A stretch of 64,000 nucleotides of DNA, taken from the NCBI GenBank assembly GCA_030141605.1, contig JAQGDQ010000151.1, positions 248,001 to 312,000 of the forward strand. The letters run 5' to 3'. The stretch is from Tubiluchus corallicola (taxonomy: Eukaryota > Animalia > Priapulida). The notes beneath the pieces are model-generated. The model did no database searches, was not told the origin of the DNA, and worked only from the letters and a program-made list of their open reading frames with translations. Within the stretch, counting starts at the first letter, position 1; each line of letters starts with the position of its first letter. A program made the position numbers and the translations under genes. Below are positions 26,601-41,400 of this stretch, one piece after another.

Positions 26601-29600
26601 CAAGAATGAGAAAACATGAAAAACTTGAAAGATTCTTCTCGAAGAAAGACCTTTCAGTGGTGTAATAACCTACATTTGTTAAATTTTTAAACCAAAGTAG
26701 GCCGTTCGTTCGTCAGTATGCAGACATGCACGACAACTTCCTTGGTTTCTTAAAAAAGATCGTTTACCTGCTCAACCAAGGAGCTGGTTGTTTTGCTGTA
26801 TGTAGTATGATGCATCATTAGTAGTAATTTTAAATTATATAATTTTTGTTAGTTTAATTTTTAGCCAGAATTATAGATTTATCAATTATTATAGATTCAA
26901 GTTAAGTGATTATGTTTTCTAAAAAGGTAGAATTCAATTTATTTTCTTTTGTATGTGAAATCATTTTTAGAATTGATTAGGTTTTTTTAATTAGGACATT
27001 TATTTTTTATAATGTTCATAGTTTCCAAAACTGTAAGATTTTTTAATTCTTTTATTTTTAACAATTACATGCCTATTTTTAACAATTACAGTGTTCTTTA
27101 CAATTGTTAGTACATTACTTATATAACTTTTTCTGTTGATGTTTAGTTCAAGTTTTAAGCTAAATAGAATTCACTGACGCCAAGATTCTCTGGCAATTCT
27201 GCACATTAATAACAATTTATTCCTGATATTAATTTGAAAAAGGCTTTCGTTTTTTGTACATATGTTGTTATGGCTTAGGTAAAATATTTTTAAGTTTTCG
27301 TTGAAAAATTTATAACTTTCTGCCAATAATAATTAGGGCCTTTTTAAGTGTACCACCTACAGGGAATAATTTGGAGTATTTTAAGGTATAGTAAATTTAT
27401 ATATAATTTAGATATTTTATAAATTGGCCTTTGGCCGTAACACTGTAGTTACTTTCATGGAGGCATGTTTTATTTTTTAGCTGTACTGTTAATTGTTAAT
27501 ATTTTAATTTATATTAAATATTTATGCTTTGGCAAGTGTCCATAGTGTATTTATAATACTTGTATGCAGAAATGTCAAACTTGTGATTTTGTGCCCCTAG
27601 TGTACAATGCTACTATTAATCAGCCTAGTCATGTGGTAGTCGTACCTTTGATTTTTCTACAGGCATCAAATGCTATTTCTTTTCAGGCTCCCTACAACTT
27701 CACATGGCTTCAAAAGCTGACATTTGCTTAAAGTTTAAAAATTATCTAGTGGTGGAGGCAAGCAAACATAGTAAATGGACAAGATTTTTTAATCATAGCC
27801 CTGTGTACAATATAGGTTTATATTTGAGGGCAACATGTTTTTATATTTGAAAAAAACGTGGGTTAAGGGTAACTGCAAATAATCTAATGAGACCTGGCTA
27901 GGGAACTTTAAGCTCCCGTATAGTTACTAGTAACTAGGGTATGCTTGTAGGAAGTTTTTCATGCACTAAAGCCAGACATTTTCAAGAGTCAGAACATAAT
28001 CATTTGCTGAAATTAATAGACTCAGAAACGGTCAAGATCCATTATAATTGTACTATTGAGAACAAAGTGTTTTTATTATTTGAAAGGCTAAGTTCTAAGG
28101 TTGTTACTTGATAAATTCATAAAAGTAAATTTGCAATTGCATTGCAAATTTAGCATTTTTAAAACAGAATACTCACTATTAATAATTACGCTGACTATTT
28201 ATCAAACGCAATTATAATTGTCAAGTTTTAGAGTTTTAGAAAAACAAAATGCTCGTTACTGGCTAAAACGTAAGGATAAACGTAATCACCAAGCTAATTT
28301 AAAAAATCTGGCTAGGCGGGATCAGTAAGGAAACAAAGTAAAGTAAAGTGAAGTAACTAAAATAAAATAAGGAAAATCAGCTTTTCACATATGTGTCAGA
28401 GGCTTCTGCTAAAAATAACTTCTTAAAATTGAAAGAGATTGCAATAATCAAATCTGATTATCTCTCGCACGAAAGCTGTAGTATATCGCAGAGTCGCAGT
28501 CGGCTACTTATAGCAGCAACGAGAATCGACACAGCGACACCAGTGATAATGATGTTGTTTTGTATCTCTGTATCAGTAATAATGAACGATGTTTTGTGGT
28601 TGTCTTTTTTGCTTTGATGAAGTTTAAAACTTGTTTAACACATGTGATCGTATAGTATATTGAACATAAAGTCTGCTGAACATTCGCAGTAAGTCTAAGA
28701 AAATGCCTGGTTCAGAATCTATAGCAAAGCACTGGCGTCTGTAAACTAACGTGTGTTTTATCTGGTAATACTGGTCTTCATATACTGCAATTCTGAGGTT
28801 AAACTTATGTCGCATACCTAAAAATATCTATCCTTAACAAAACCTAGCAACGAGCCTCTGCTGACCTGCTGTTGGTTGGCCTTTAAGCGCTGTAATATAA
28901 GACACATATAAGAGACATAAGTATTATAATCTCATGCCTGCTGACCTTTACAAGAAGCTACTCTTTACAAGCAGTCTATATGCAGAGCATTGACATAAGT
29001 ATGAACCGATTTGCAAGTTAACAATATTGAAATGCTAGCTCTGTTACTTGTGTGTGTGTGCGTGTGTGTGTGTGCGTGCGTGCGTGCATGCGTGCGTGCG
29101 TGTGCGTGCGTGAATGTATGTATATGTATGTAAATGTATGTACAGTATATCGATATAGAGGTAGGTATAAATAATGTCTGATTTTTAATATGGTACATTT
29201 ACGATATAATGCTTACGTGTACGTTTCTTCGGGTGTAATGTTTGTTGAGATAAGTTACTAATTATTACAGAAGAATCTTCTTGATTTACCCCTGGATTTT
29301 GTTATTATTATTTTTTTATTTATTTATTATTCTGCCATTTTGTTTTTGTAATAACTTGCACACGCACAGTGGTAAGGACACGAAACTCGCAGAACACTAT
29401 ATTTATGTTAATGTATTCCGAAAAACGATCGACTATTTCCATGCAAAATATAGCGAAAATTTGTGTTCTCACTGTGTTCTCGAGGAACACGCATCACGTC
29501 ACACAGTCGCACAGTGCTCCGTGACTGCCCATATTTTGCATCTGAAAGCAATGAGTTCGATTCCCCGTTAAGTATATGTTTTATATATTTTTCCAATTCA

Positions 29601-32600
29601 CACTATTTGGACATTATACAAAATGTTTCTGTCAGATTTTGCTAATTTCCACAAAATTACATTAGTTGGTATTTTCGTCAAATTTGCCTTGAATCTGCCA
29701 TTGTTTAAATTCCAGTAAAATTAATTGTTTTGCAGCTTTCTGGAACTGAGTCATAACTGTGGAAGAAATACTTGTGTGGTCATGTTGTATGCTTGATTAC
29801 TAAGAAAACGAACGCTGGACTCAGTTAATAATTAGACTGGTGATTGGCCACCTGCCAGGAAATTATAGTTTGGACAAAATGCAATTCCTAAGTAATCATA
29901 CATGGCAAGTTCAATGGAGGCAATATTATGCCCTTCAGGGCCTTGATACCTATGAAAAAGCGATAAGTTCCGATTTCACTGAAACTTTCAATTATCAAGC
30001 ACAACAACTCTTATATAAAATTATTCTAAATCTTGTTAACTATTTTAAAACATTTTTGTTTAAAAAACAAAAGCCGTTACATAAAGTATCTCCTGTCACA
30101 CAAGCAGAATCTTACCACAGTTTTTACACAGTCAAAACGGTCCACTAGTTATCATTATAGGTAGTACAAAGGATTTGGAACTAACAGGAATGAAAAAGGA
30201 AAATATGGCACAAAACGTGTTACTGTAGATTGCTGTGTCGGGGTTTACATAACTGTTGGTACATTTTTGACAGGTGCGTGAAAAATTGTGAAGAAAAGAT
30301 AAATCCTAATGAGAACCTGATTTTGCGAGCGGAATGCTCTGATTGCGATGAAGAAGATTTAGAGTCGATTACATACGATTGGCAGATTATCCGGGGAAAA
30401 CCTAAAAGTGAGCTCCCATACATTGCCTATGGTAGTAACGTCCTTTATACATACGATGATCGAACGGACCACCTTACTTTACTAGCAGAACTGTTCCTTG
30501 AAGGATTTGAATACTACATAAGACTTATAGGTATGTAGTGCATGCTGGTGCTTTTCTACTATTTGTAGCCTAAAGCAAAGAAGTAATTTTTAAATGTACA
30601 ATAAATACTTTTGATATCGAATGCAAAAGTTTTTAAGTAACATTGTTTGGATTACTAAATTAGATTGGGGATACATTAATTAATTAGGAATAAATTCTTC
30701 GAGTTCATTTCAGTTTTTAATAACATCTTATAACAGTTGAAAGAAATAAAATGACACAACGTTTCAGTTTATCCCAGTGAATTATGTTATTCATTTGTTA
30801 GTATTAATTAAGCGCAACAACGTGCAATTTGCACTAGTTAGTAAAAATGAGCAAAAAATTCTAAAATTATATTAATTGTGGCCTAAATTTTGTCTACATC
30901 TGTGCACCAAGGATGACAGCAAAGGACTAAATTTTCAAAGAGATTCACTGCTTGTCAATTCAAATAGAAGCAGATATATATTGAAAAGTAAAGGAAGATT
31001 TAAAACATTTTAAAAACTTTAACGGGCACAAATAAAACAAACTTCCGAATGAAGAAAATAGCAAAAACACACTGAGTGTTGTTTATGAGGCGTAAGCGTT
31101 AAAACGCATGTTTTTTAATTGTATAATGACACATGACGGTTTGTTTAAGTGACAACAGTGATATCACTTGAATTACATCAATTTAGGTAATTCATCCCGA
31201 AGGCAAAAGAACCTGTTACGAAAATGAGATCACTGGCAGGTGGTTCTATTTCTATTCAAAAGCACTCAAATATGCATACAGGTTGATCATCAATACTACT
31301 GCTGTCTGCCACAAAAACTGATGACAGAAGAAACTGCATAGTTCTTTATATAGAGAAGGCAAATTTCTTTGGCATTCGAAATTAATAATTTTGAGAGTTG
31401 CAGCCATTGGCTGTATGTCTTTGTTCTTCGAGGCACATGTAACTTGTTCCAAATTTCGTTTCCATTTCCTTCCCTGTTTTTATTCTTTCTTTTACCTGAT
31501 GATGGCTTACACCGCTAGACTGAAACGTCGTGTTTTTTTACAGTTATTCGGTTTAAATTTTTCAATTTACATAATTGTTATAGTTAATTGTGGATTCATG
31601 CAGATGGCCTGAAATTGTGGATTAATGTGATAAATTTTTCCGTTAGATTGTTCTCTTTCCCGCGTGTTGAGTCACATGACCTCACTTTTGAGGCAAGAAA
31701 TGCAGAGAGTGGTCCAAGAGTTATTATCATTTTGATAGGAATCTTATTATTTGTGATGTAAGATTAAAGTGATTGTGTGTATAAATACAGTGCAATCAAT
31801 TGGAGACATGTATTTCTGTTGGCGTCACGGAGCAGTTACTTCATTGCAATAAAGCATATTGTTAAATTAAGCTTTGTTGTTGGGTATCGTCTCAATATAT
31901 CAAATGTGTTTGGATTCATGTATTTTTGACTTGCCTCAAGTCATATGGTCCATGACAGCCTTGATGATTCAAGGATAAATTTGTGACTATTGGTTCTCAA
32001 GCACATAATAGAAAATTGTTTCCCGGCTATTCGAATTGACCAGCAGTAAAAATTAGTAATAGCACAGTATGTATTTAAATAGAAGTACTTTTGTCAGTTG
32101 TAATTAGAAATAGCACAGTAAGTATTTAAATAGGAGTACACTTATCGCAAGTGCATTTTTTCACCAGTTTATCATTTCGCCAGTCCATTATTTCACTGGA
32201 TTTCAGGGTATTTCTAAGGTTAGGGTTAAGTGTTATTCCTTAGCTTTTAAGAATGTAAAATTTGGTCTGGGGAATTAACTGTGGAAGAGACACCGAAGGT
32301 TGGGAAAGTTCACGGTTTCGTGTGCTGGTAGAGAATTGATTGCACTATCAGCATTGCGACAAAGATTGAGGGCTGCGTCATTTGGGAGTAACGGCTCCTC
32401 GAAGTCGTCCCTCTTTCCTGTACCTTATGTATTGGGACGTGGTTTAGGCTCACCTATACCTTGACAGTTGGAGAAATAGGTTTTAAAAACGGCCTTTACA
32501 AAACTGTTGTAAGTAGGTGGCAGCACTGTGTTGATGGCAGCGATGGGACTATCGCCACTGGCTGCGTTCTTGGTACGTGGAGCTTCAATCTTATCGATGC

Positions 32601-33190
32601 TTAACGTTATTATAGGGTTATTATAGAGTAACGTAAGAGTACTGCAAAACGTATGACAATCCAAATGGCTTCTAGGCCTAGTAGGCTAGAGTCGCGTCAT
32701 TATCTAATGTTAGTCACATGATTCCAAAGGCATCTTTCAGGAGATATGGCTTCTTCCCACGTTTGGTCATGTTGATCCGTTTTTTTTTTGCTAAACGGAC
32801 ATGTTTGGGGGCCTATAACACGCCAACAGTTCCGTCAAAATGGAGCCCGCTGTGGATAACAAATGCGTAGTACTTTACTTGTTTTTTATTTCGATAGGTG
32901 TCACTTTTTGTAAGAATAACAGTTCTGAAAATGGACAGATTTTGACGACTTTTAGGTCATAACTAAGCAGGTCAAAGGGTCGCCAACCAGAATTTTACTC
33001 TACGGTGACCCTCTACCCTTTCTACATGCACACCAAATTTGGTCAAGCAACCCAATCTAGCTTTTGAGTTATTCCAAAAAGATGCCTACCTCAGAAACTA
33101 AACATCGCAGAGTAAAAATAATAGCGGATTCGGAATGTACGTTTTCTAGATACCCTGCATCTTGCTCATCGACATTTTCTTGATGAAACC

Positions 33191-33236
<46 letters not shown>

Positions 33237-36200
33237 TTTGAGTATGGTACCAACATGGGTCCAGAAAAAGGGCTGTATTATCGGAGATTCGCCACTAGAC
33301 GCCATGTTGGTAGATAGCGCTTTAGCGTTCTGTTATGAATTTATTTCATAATGTAAAATTATTTATCAAAGAATAATTAAAACCATTTAATGAATAAACA
33401 TAATCAGAAAAGAAGGTTATTCACTGCGTTGTGCAAACAACTCACTCAGCTTCTCCCTAGCATTTAATATACTTATGAAGGCATGTCTAACAATCTGAAT
33501 ATGATAGATACTAAATTGATAAATAAATGGAACTGTAACTACAAGATGAACTTTGTAATAATTAGGAGAAGTTTGGCCGACATGGATCTGTATTTCCGAG
33601 ACAGGTGTAGATTTGTAAGTTGCTAGAATGTAATTCGAAGCTCGTTAGCAGTGTCCACGAGCAATGACGAGGATGTCAGTTTAGCCAATTAACAGGTGTT
33701 GCACTATTGTTCATAATTGAGAGAAATATTGTCCGAGCTCGATCATGTGAACTGGGAACCTCAGCACTAGCTAATTTAGTAAACAGTTAATCAGGGCTGA
33801 AAGTACGGTCATGGATTTTGGAGCAATGGCATTCTAGGACTGTCCTACAAATAGTAAAAAGTAGCGGAGCGCTTAAAGTCGAGATGCCCAGACGATTGGG
33901 GCAACGAAGCGCTCAGAAGTCAGAATACTCAGATAGCCAGCCACGACGTATATCATGTTACATAACTGGGGGGTTTCGTAAGGGGGAGTGGGGTTACAGC
34001 GAGTGTCCTGGTTTTTTGATCGATGTCAGGAAGGTGGGGACTCTCAGCCAGTAAGTCTGAAGGTAGGAGCTATCGTATCTTTTTGCTCAGCGTAGACTTC
34101 ATCTGCGTCGTTGGATTGAGCCAACTCCTGAAGCTCAGAACAGCTCGTATAAGGAACAAGACTATGGGAGTTTTTGAGATTCGTAAATTGGCCAGTCCCA
34201 TAGTTAAGTGAAGTTATATACTATATTTCTGGTTAATGAACAGAATCGTATTTAATTGCTGAAAACTGTACATTGTTATTAGAGGAATTTATTATTTGTG
34301 AACTTAACGAAGTTGTACCGATACACTGTAATTGCTCTGTTGTTCGATTATAATCTCATATTGTGAATTTTTTTAAATCGTTATTTTCCAAAAATATTAA
34401 TATTATTAAAACCAGTTAAATTAATGAACCGTATATGCAACTGTTAATATAGCATTTACAATGATTTGTACAATCAAGAAATATTTAAAGATTTTGCAAA
34501 ATCTGTAAAAACGCTATCTGTTGCGCGAATCTGGCACACTGAAACGGCTTATTGCGGAGCCAAGCTAGTAAACTAGGGAGATACAGACTTACCCCACAAC
34601 GCATATTTCGGTTAGAGGCCGCTCTGGTATTTGTCATAACCATTTCGACCCAGCCGAAACTCAATGAAAAGGACAATAAAAGTAGCACAAGAATTTTGTA
34701 TCATAGATGAGTACCTTAGTTACAATTTGAAAATTTCCTGTTAGCAGTATGATGAACAGTCCTATGTATTGCACTACTTCTAATATCAACTGGCAATATG
34801 TATCATATGATACACTGAAAAAATAGACTGGTAAAAAGATACATTAGCAAAATGATGAACTGGCAAAAAGGTTAACTGGCAAAATAATGCACTGGCGAAA
34901 AAATAGACAGGCGAAACGATGCACTGGTGAACTGTGAACTTGCAAAGTGACATATAATCACTTAAAACACTGACATATCTAAGAGTTTCACACAAAGGCT
35001 CATACAGCATAGTGACACTATACCATTTTTTATATTCTTGTTCATATTGTTATTACCAGTATTACCAGTATTCTCTTTATTTTGTAATGTTTTGTAAGCG
35101 TTTCAAAGACAGTGGAGCAAATATTGGTTAAATCACATTGTGTTAAGAAATGACCTTTTGTTGTGCAAAGGAAGAAACTATAAATAAATAAACTAACCCA
35201 TGGTTTTGAACTGCTGAAACACAATACATGTGCATTTTGAAACACAATGAATATATGAATAATAAATACAAGTTCACTGAATACCCAATTAAAACCTGCC
35301 CACCTTTTTCATGCTCAAAATTTGGTTATCTAGCTTCTTACAGTTCATGTGCGATGAACCTCTTGCACTTTAATTTTGCCGTAAGTGACTAGTTTAGTAA
35401 TGCTACAGTTATGAAGCCCATACTAAAACCTAGAAAAATGCTACAGTATTTTCAGGTGCAAAATTTAATGATTATCTGTTTAGCTGGACCGTCGAAGTTT
35501 GGACTTGCTGTGTATGTAGCTGAAGTTACAAATTTTCTACCAGAGAATGGTACTTTCACCAGGAACTGTACTCTCGATCCTCCTCAAGGTAACAAAGAGC
35601 GCTTAATTAATATTAATAATCTGTTACATTTCCTAAGTTTTTAAAAATTATGAAAAGATGATTTTAGTGGAATATACTCACACATTTTGGGTGTAAGTAA
35701 TTAGGTTATAGTTAGATTTAAAAAGAAAAAGAAAATGTTTTGGCAATAAACAACACAAGTGGAATGACATTTTGGAGGTGCACTGTAATACTCTTCTAGT
35801 TACAAAGAGAAGGACATTTTGGTGATACACTGTAATATTCTTCTAGTTGTGTTGTTTATAAAAATATTTTGTTAGTGGGAATATGCATACCTGACTTATA
35901 AGATTTCTGTTGTATTTTGTTTGGCATACTGTGAAACTGGTAATTTCATGCTGAGTATAAAAGTTGATACAACAAGCGTTTTCGCAGGTGCAAATTAAGT
36001 GAAAATGAAATAAATCGAGTTTTCGGGTTCTTATGTAAGGTAATCAAAATTTTTTATTTTCAATGCGAATCTCACCCAGGGAATGTTGCATTATTTGGGC
36101 TGAAAATTAGTCTTGCCTGAATTCGCTTGCAATTTCAATCGACAATACAAACAATCAACAATATGTAATAGAATCTAAAACCAGGCCGGTTTCTTCCTCC

Positions 36201-38397
36201 GACTAATGAAAAATTGAGCATTTTACGTTACAGTATAACATATACTGGCAATACGTAGTCGCAGCTTAAGACCTCTATTGTCCCAAAAGAACGGCGAACC
36301 ATTTTAAGGGTGCGTGAAAAATCATGCACGCTGATTGGGCAGTCAGCAAAACTTGTCTGATAATGATTGACATTAATTAGTCGGTGTGCAGATATTTCGA
36401 CACAAACATTTTGACACGGGACATTTCGCCACAAGACATTTGGACACATACCACACTTTGAATCAAGGAAATTTCTACACATAGGACATTTGGACACAAA
36501 GACATTCAGACACATTGCATAAGCTGTTTACACTAGGAGTTTTGAACACATAGGACATTTGAGCACTTGGTATTTTTGATATAGGATATTTAGATACGTT
36601 GGTAATCTGAATTCAGTAACTGTTAAGATTCAATCGGGAGATCGTACCATTTAGCAACATGGGTTATTTAGTTAGACACTGTCCTGAAGGTAAGTGAATT
36701 TAAGTCATTGTAAAATCAATGGCTTTCTAATGTCTAATAAACGATCATAAACCATAGATCAAAAATGATATATGAACTACCTTGAAATATTATCTACTAT
36801 ATAATATATAATCTGCTACTCTCGCTTTCTCGAATCCAGTCCTTCCTTAACTGCAGTTTCTAGGTTTAAAGTAGCCGTAAATATTAGGGTGCGTAGTATG
36901 CAGATATACAGATGCAGTGACGGTAGTTGTGGTGATTACGGCAACTGCAGCAGGTGCGATTACCACAGTGTGGCGACTGTGACAACCATACCGAAATTGC
37001 TGTAACTTTTCACGCTGCCCTAAAAAACTGATGCCAAACGGACACCGCAACAAAGCTGCAGAGTAATAGGGATCATTAAATTATCTCGTTTAATTGAAGC
37101 CTCAATCATCAATACGAATATGAATGATAAAGTAACAACAAGAAGTGCGAGGAAATCGGATTCTTCTCTGACTCTTGACGCGATTGTGGCAAAACTGAAT
37201 GTCATCTGCGAAAAAGGTTTAGAAGTCTCATCCATACTTGTTGGAACCCTTAAAGACAATTATGGCAGCAGTGAGTAACAAAGTTACAGAGTGTGAGATA
37301 TTGAATAGAGACTTGCTAGCCAACTTCGAAAAATCATATAATGAAATTTTAGATATGAAATCATCCTTATGTAAAATGGAACGATATAGCAGGTTGTACA
37401 ACTTCATGGTTATGTGCTTAGCTGAACGCCAAAGTGAAAACTCTTTCAAAACTGTTCTAAACTTTCTCGAAAATGCGTTGCACATTGAACACCCTGAATC
37501 CCTTATCGAGACAGCGCATCGATTAAGATCGAAAACTAAACTACGGCCCATGATTGTTAGATGTTACAGCCGCAAAATGATAATAAAAATTATTTTGATA
37601 TATAAAAATAAAAAAGGGAAAATCTCTTGGAACAGTCGTCTTCTCACCAAGCACAACTACGAACTTGAAAAAAACTGAAGCCAAAAATGCAAGAAGCCTG
37701 CCACAGGTAAACTATTCATTGATGGCAAATTATACAAGGATCCGGCGACGACAGCGGGTGATGATAATGACAACTGAGGGATTCGTCGATTGCTCGTAAT
37801 CATGTATGAGTTGTAAGCTAACAAAATTGCCGTTGATTTTGACAGTCATGTTATGAATTACTATACCGTGATTACGGCTACACAATTGAATTAACTATAG
37901 CAGTAGTTTTTTACACTTTAACCTAGTAAATAACAGTATTGTATGTTAAACAATAACCTCAAATGCAAATGCAAAATACCACTGGCTAAAACCACTTTGA
38001 AAACAATGAGTCTGTCTTTTCGTGGTGCTAAGCTCTATATAAGGATTCAAAAAAATTGTTTTAGTCTGCATATCTTTAAAGACGGGTTAGAGAGAAAATG
38101 TTAGAGAAATATAAATAATTGGTGGCATTTTTTGTACACCATATTATCTAAATATTTTTAAAATGTGTATATATTTACTGTTTTAAATGTATTTTTAATA
38201 TTTGCATTATCTTTTAACTAGATGAAATATATTATAAGAATAATTCTTATTAATCACATTCATTAACTTACACTTCATTCCTACATTTCATACATTAATT
38301 AACTTGTACATTATTTTAAATTGTAATTGTAATATCCACCACTGTCTTAAATAATATTATTTGCAATGTTCAGTTTCTGTATATATGACATAAACTG

Positions 38398-38475
<78 letters not shown>

Positions 38476-41400
38476 GGCTAAAAAGTACATTTGACAAATC
38501 AAAACGATTCTTTCAAGTAGCAATTACTCAATAGTGAATGATCACGGCATATGATTAGTTACCATAGTTAAGCAATGCCAAGCCAGGCAACTAATTTGCT
38601 GGAAGACTGCTTAGAAATTTTACTGTTGGGCGTTTTTTTACTACGATTCCGAATTATTTCGTTTGTTCTTAGTGTTTATCGAAGATGTACTATGCATCCA
38701 AATGTAACTGTGACATATCTGACAGTTTAATATTCCTTCTCACAGGAATATTTTGATAGTGAACTAGGATCATCTAGTCTCAGCACAAAAGAACCTATAA
38801 AAATCTTGCAAAGGAGCATAATTTATTGGGCAAATATTAGCCCCAAAATATTCACAGATCTATAAATCTGTAAAGCCTTTATTTTTTATTTTTTGCAATT
38901 ATTATTTATTAAACTTTATTTCAAATCCTGTAAAAATTAACTGTATTTGTTGTATTACACGCAGCAAATGATACAATGCAAATTACTTTGAGAAACCTAT
39001 TTCACTCTAGAAATAACTTAAAATTGTAGCAACGAAGTTTCTAAACAAAATATTTTTTCCATAACTGACTTAACAGTCAGATTAACCTTTAAACATTGTT
39101 GACGTTTTTAATGATTATAATTTTTGGCAGTCATTTTTACCCCATTTTGTGGCAATTTCTGGGAAGTTATTTTCTAGGAAATGGTTTTAAATTTTTAAGC
39201 ATTCACTCATCCATACTCTGCTCAAAGTCATTGTAGCTTAACTAATTTAATCAAGTACACGACATGACCACTGATTATTTTCTCTCCACTTCTCCTAATT
39301 ATAAAGCTACTCATTTTTATGTAGTCAACAAGCCAGTTGTTCTGGACATATTGCTTCTAGTTGGTTGCCTCGTTTCAGCGTAGAGCTGATATTGTGATTC
39401 ATATTTTTAGTTTAACGAAAGCTTCATGAAAATTGCACAAAAGCACATAGTTCAATAGATCCCTGGAAACAATTTATGTGGCTATTCTTCGGAGAACTGA
39501 TCAATAAACGATCACTAATCGACCAGAACTTAATAAACACCTAATATTGATATATCTGGAGTGAATGTACTGCCTCCTCAAAAAGTGTGCATTTGAAAGT
39601 GTTAAGGTGATGCAGTACTTGTCCTGTGCACTTTCAGGTTTGCAAGTTTATTTTAATTTGGTTTATTACCATAAAAACATTTATGCATGCAATAATGGAT
39701 TTATATTAGTAAATGTGTATAAATAAGAATAAAAGGGAAAATGAATTGTAAGTAAATAACAAAAAAAAATTGACATAAATAGTACGCTTCTGATCAATAA
39801 ATACATCATTTTCATGACACAAATCAAAATGGCTGGCTACAAATTCACCTGACTTATAGGACCACATCCCCTAAAATAAATAAAATTTTCCAATAATTAA
39901 AATAAAAATGTACAATAAATTTTTTTGGTATTATAAAAAAATAGTAAGATTTTCATTTTCTTTTTAAAACATGGCTGCGATTTGACACCAAATGCCAAGG
40001 TATTCTTATAAATTTTGAAATTATTCATAATGTTAGTTTTTATTTTTGGAATAATATGGAAATCATTAAGTTGCCTAGGACTGTACATATAAAGCACTGT
40101 ACTGTTTCATGTAACAACATCATATAGCAATTTTTTTTACTTGTATCCAAATATACAGTGTTTCCAAACGTACTATGTGTCCTTGTTCAAAATGTTGTGT
40201 CCAAATGTCATTTGTCCAATTTTCCTCGTATCGCAATTTCTTATGTGTCCTGTGTCTTCATATGTCTTTGTGTCTCAATATTTTATGTGTCTAGCCTGTG
40301 TCGAAAATGCTTATGTCAAAATAGCTTGTGTCGAAAATGCATAGCGCCTAATTATGCCTATGGAACTGACATTAATATTTCATTAAATTCCAATTTGTAG
40401 CGGCTTTTCATTCCTGGGTGGGCTCTACTACATTTTTTTACTGTCTTTAGTCACTGGTTAACTCATCACTTAGCTTAGTAATTATAATTATTATTGGTAT
40501 TATATTGCATTGTCTCTGCAAATGTTACCTTTCAATGTCCAGGCAAAGTAGAAATAAAGCTTTTCTTAAATATACTTCATATTTTATTTTACATTTTACC
40601 TAGGTAAAGCATTTGTCACAGATTTCAAAATAGAGTGTAATCCATTTGCTGACCATGACACTCCACTTACCTACAAATTCTACTACAAAACTGATCCTGA
40701 AAATTTAGATGATAAAGGTAGGTATCTTATTTTAAGGCGGAATTTGTGTAATTACATCAACTACGCATTGTGGAAAGTGAGATTCGGATTTATTTATTGT
40801 CTCTTGTGTATAGTCAGCTTGATCTATCATTAAAATTTTGGAATAGTTTGTGGTTACGATAGTTGATGAGTGAAATGGCGGCACAAAAATGAAGTTTTGT
40901 ATGTTATTCGGTTGGTAGTACCTGTCACTTAACTCAAATAAATAAACTCAGTTCTGTTCATCTAACTCATTTATAATTTCTACTGATCGATTATGAAAAC
41001 CCAAAAGCATTTCACAGCAGCTATCACACTGCATATATTTTTGTTGTGCATGCTCTGGGTATGCAGTGTTGTGCTGAGTTTTGCAAAACCTCCTCACCAT
41101 TACAAATTTTAATTTAAATCTACTTATTCCCACGAAGTGCTGCAAACAAATAATCTTGCAACAGTCTAGCCTTTTTTTCATAGTCAATTCACAACCTCAA
41201 TCTAATTCACATTCTCGTGACAGGCCAAGCATATGTCCTTCTTTATAATTAATTAATAAAGATTATTAATTGCATGACCAATACAATGGCCTCAAGGTTT
41301 CGTCTTATGTTCGTCTTACTCTGAATAAAAATCCAGATTTGCTAAGGATTTAGTTGTTGGAGCTCGTGATGAAAAGAACTGGCAGTAAGCATTGCAATAA

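Larger units (their letters stand above)
32134..34957. mobile_element. Foldback/MITE-like element with inverted subterminal 15-16 bp arrays, carrying nested inserts
   Basis: Left arm gcaagtgcattttttcaccag..ttcgccag is the reverse complement of the right-arm array ctggcgaaa..ctggtgaa..acttgc (34790-34950). Confidence 0.45.
36380..40348. mobile_element. Foldback-like DNA transposon with inverted arms made of ~15-bp tandem units
   Basis: Left arm (gacatttggacaca-like array, 36380-36600) is inverted relative to the right arm (tgtgtccaaatgtc-like array, 40140-40348). TAATTA flanks both ends (36374-36379, 40349-40354). Confidence 0.6.

Noticed and set aside
29365-29520. CACAGTG/CACTGTG heptamers suggesting RSS or Transib ends
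   Set aside because: No nonamer at 12/23 spacing, no extended TIR or TSD.
29840-30148. 102-aa ORF as an extra receptor exon
   Set aside because: Flanking exons 26007 and 30274 already join in phase with continuous REJ sequence; no family motif.
31319-31348. Second CTGATGA..GAAAC hammerhead-like match
   Set aside because: Only 5 nt between the boxes, so helix II cannot form, and helix I does not pair.
36380-36600. Regularly spaced repeats as a CRISPR array (also 34790-34950, 42360-42590)
   Set aside because: Degenerate tandem units without unique spacers, no cas genes, spliceosomal eukaryotic context.
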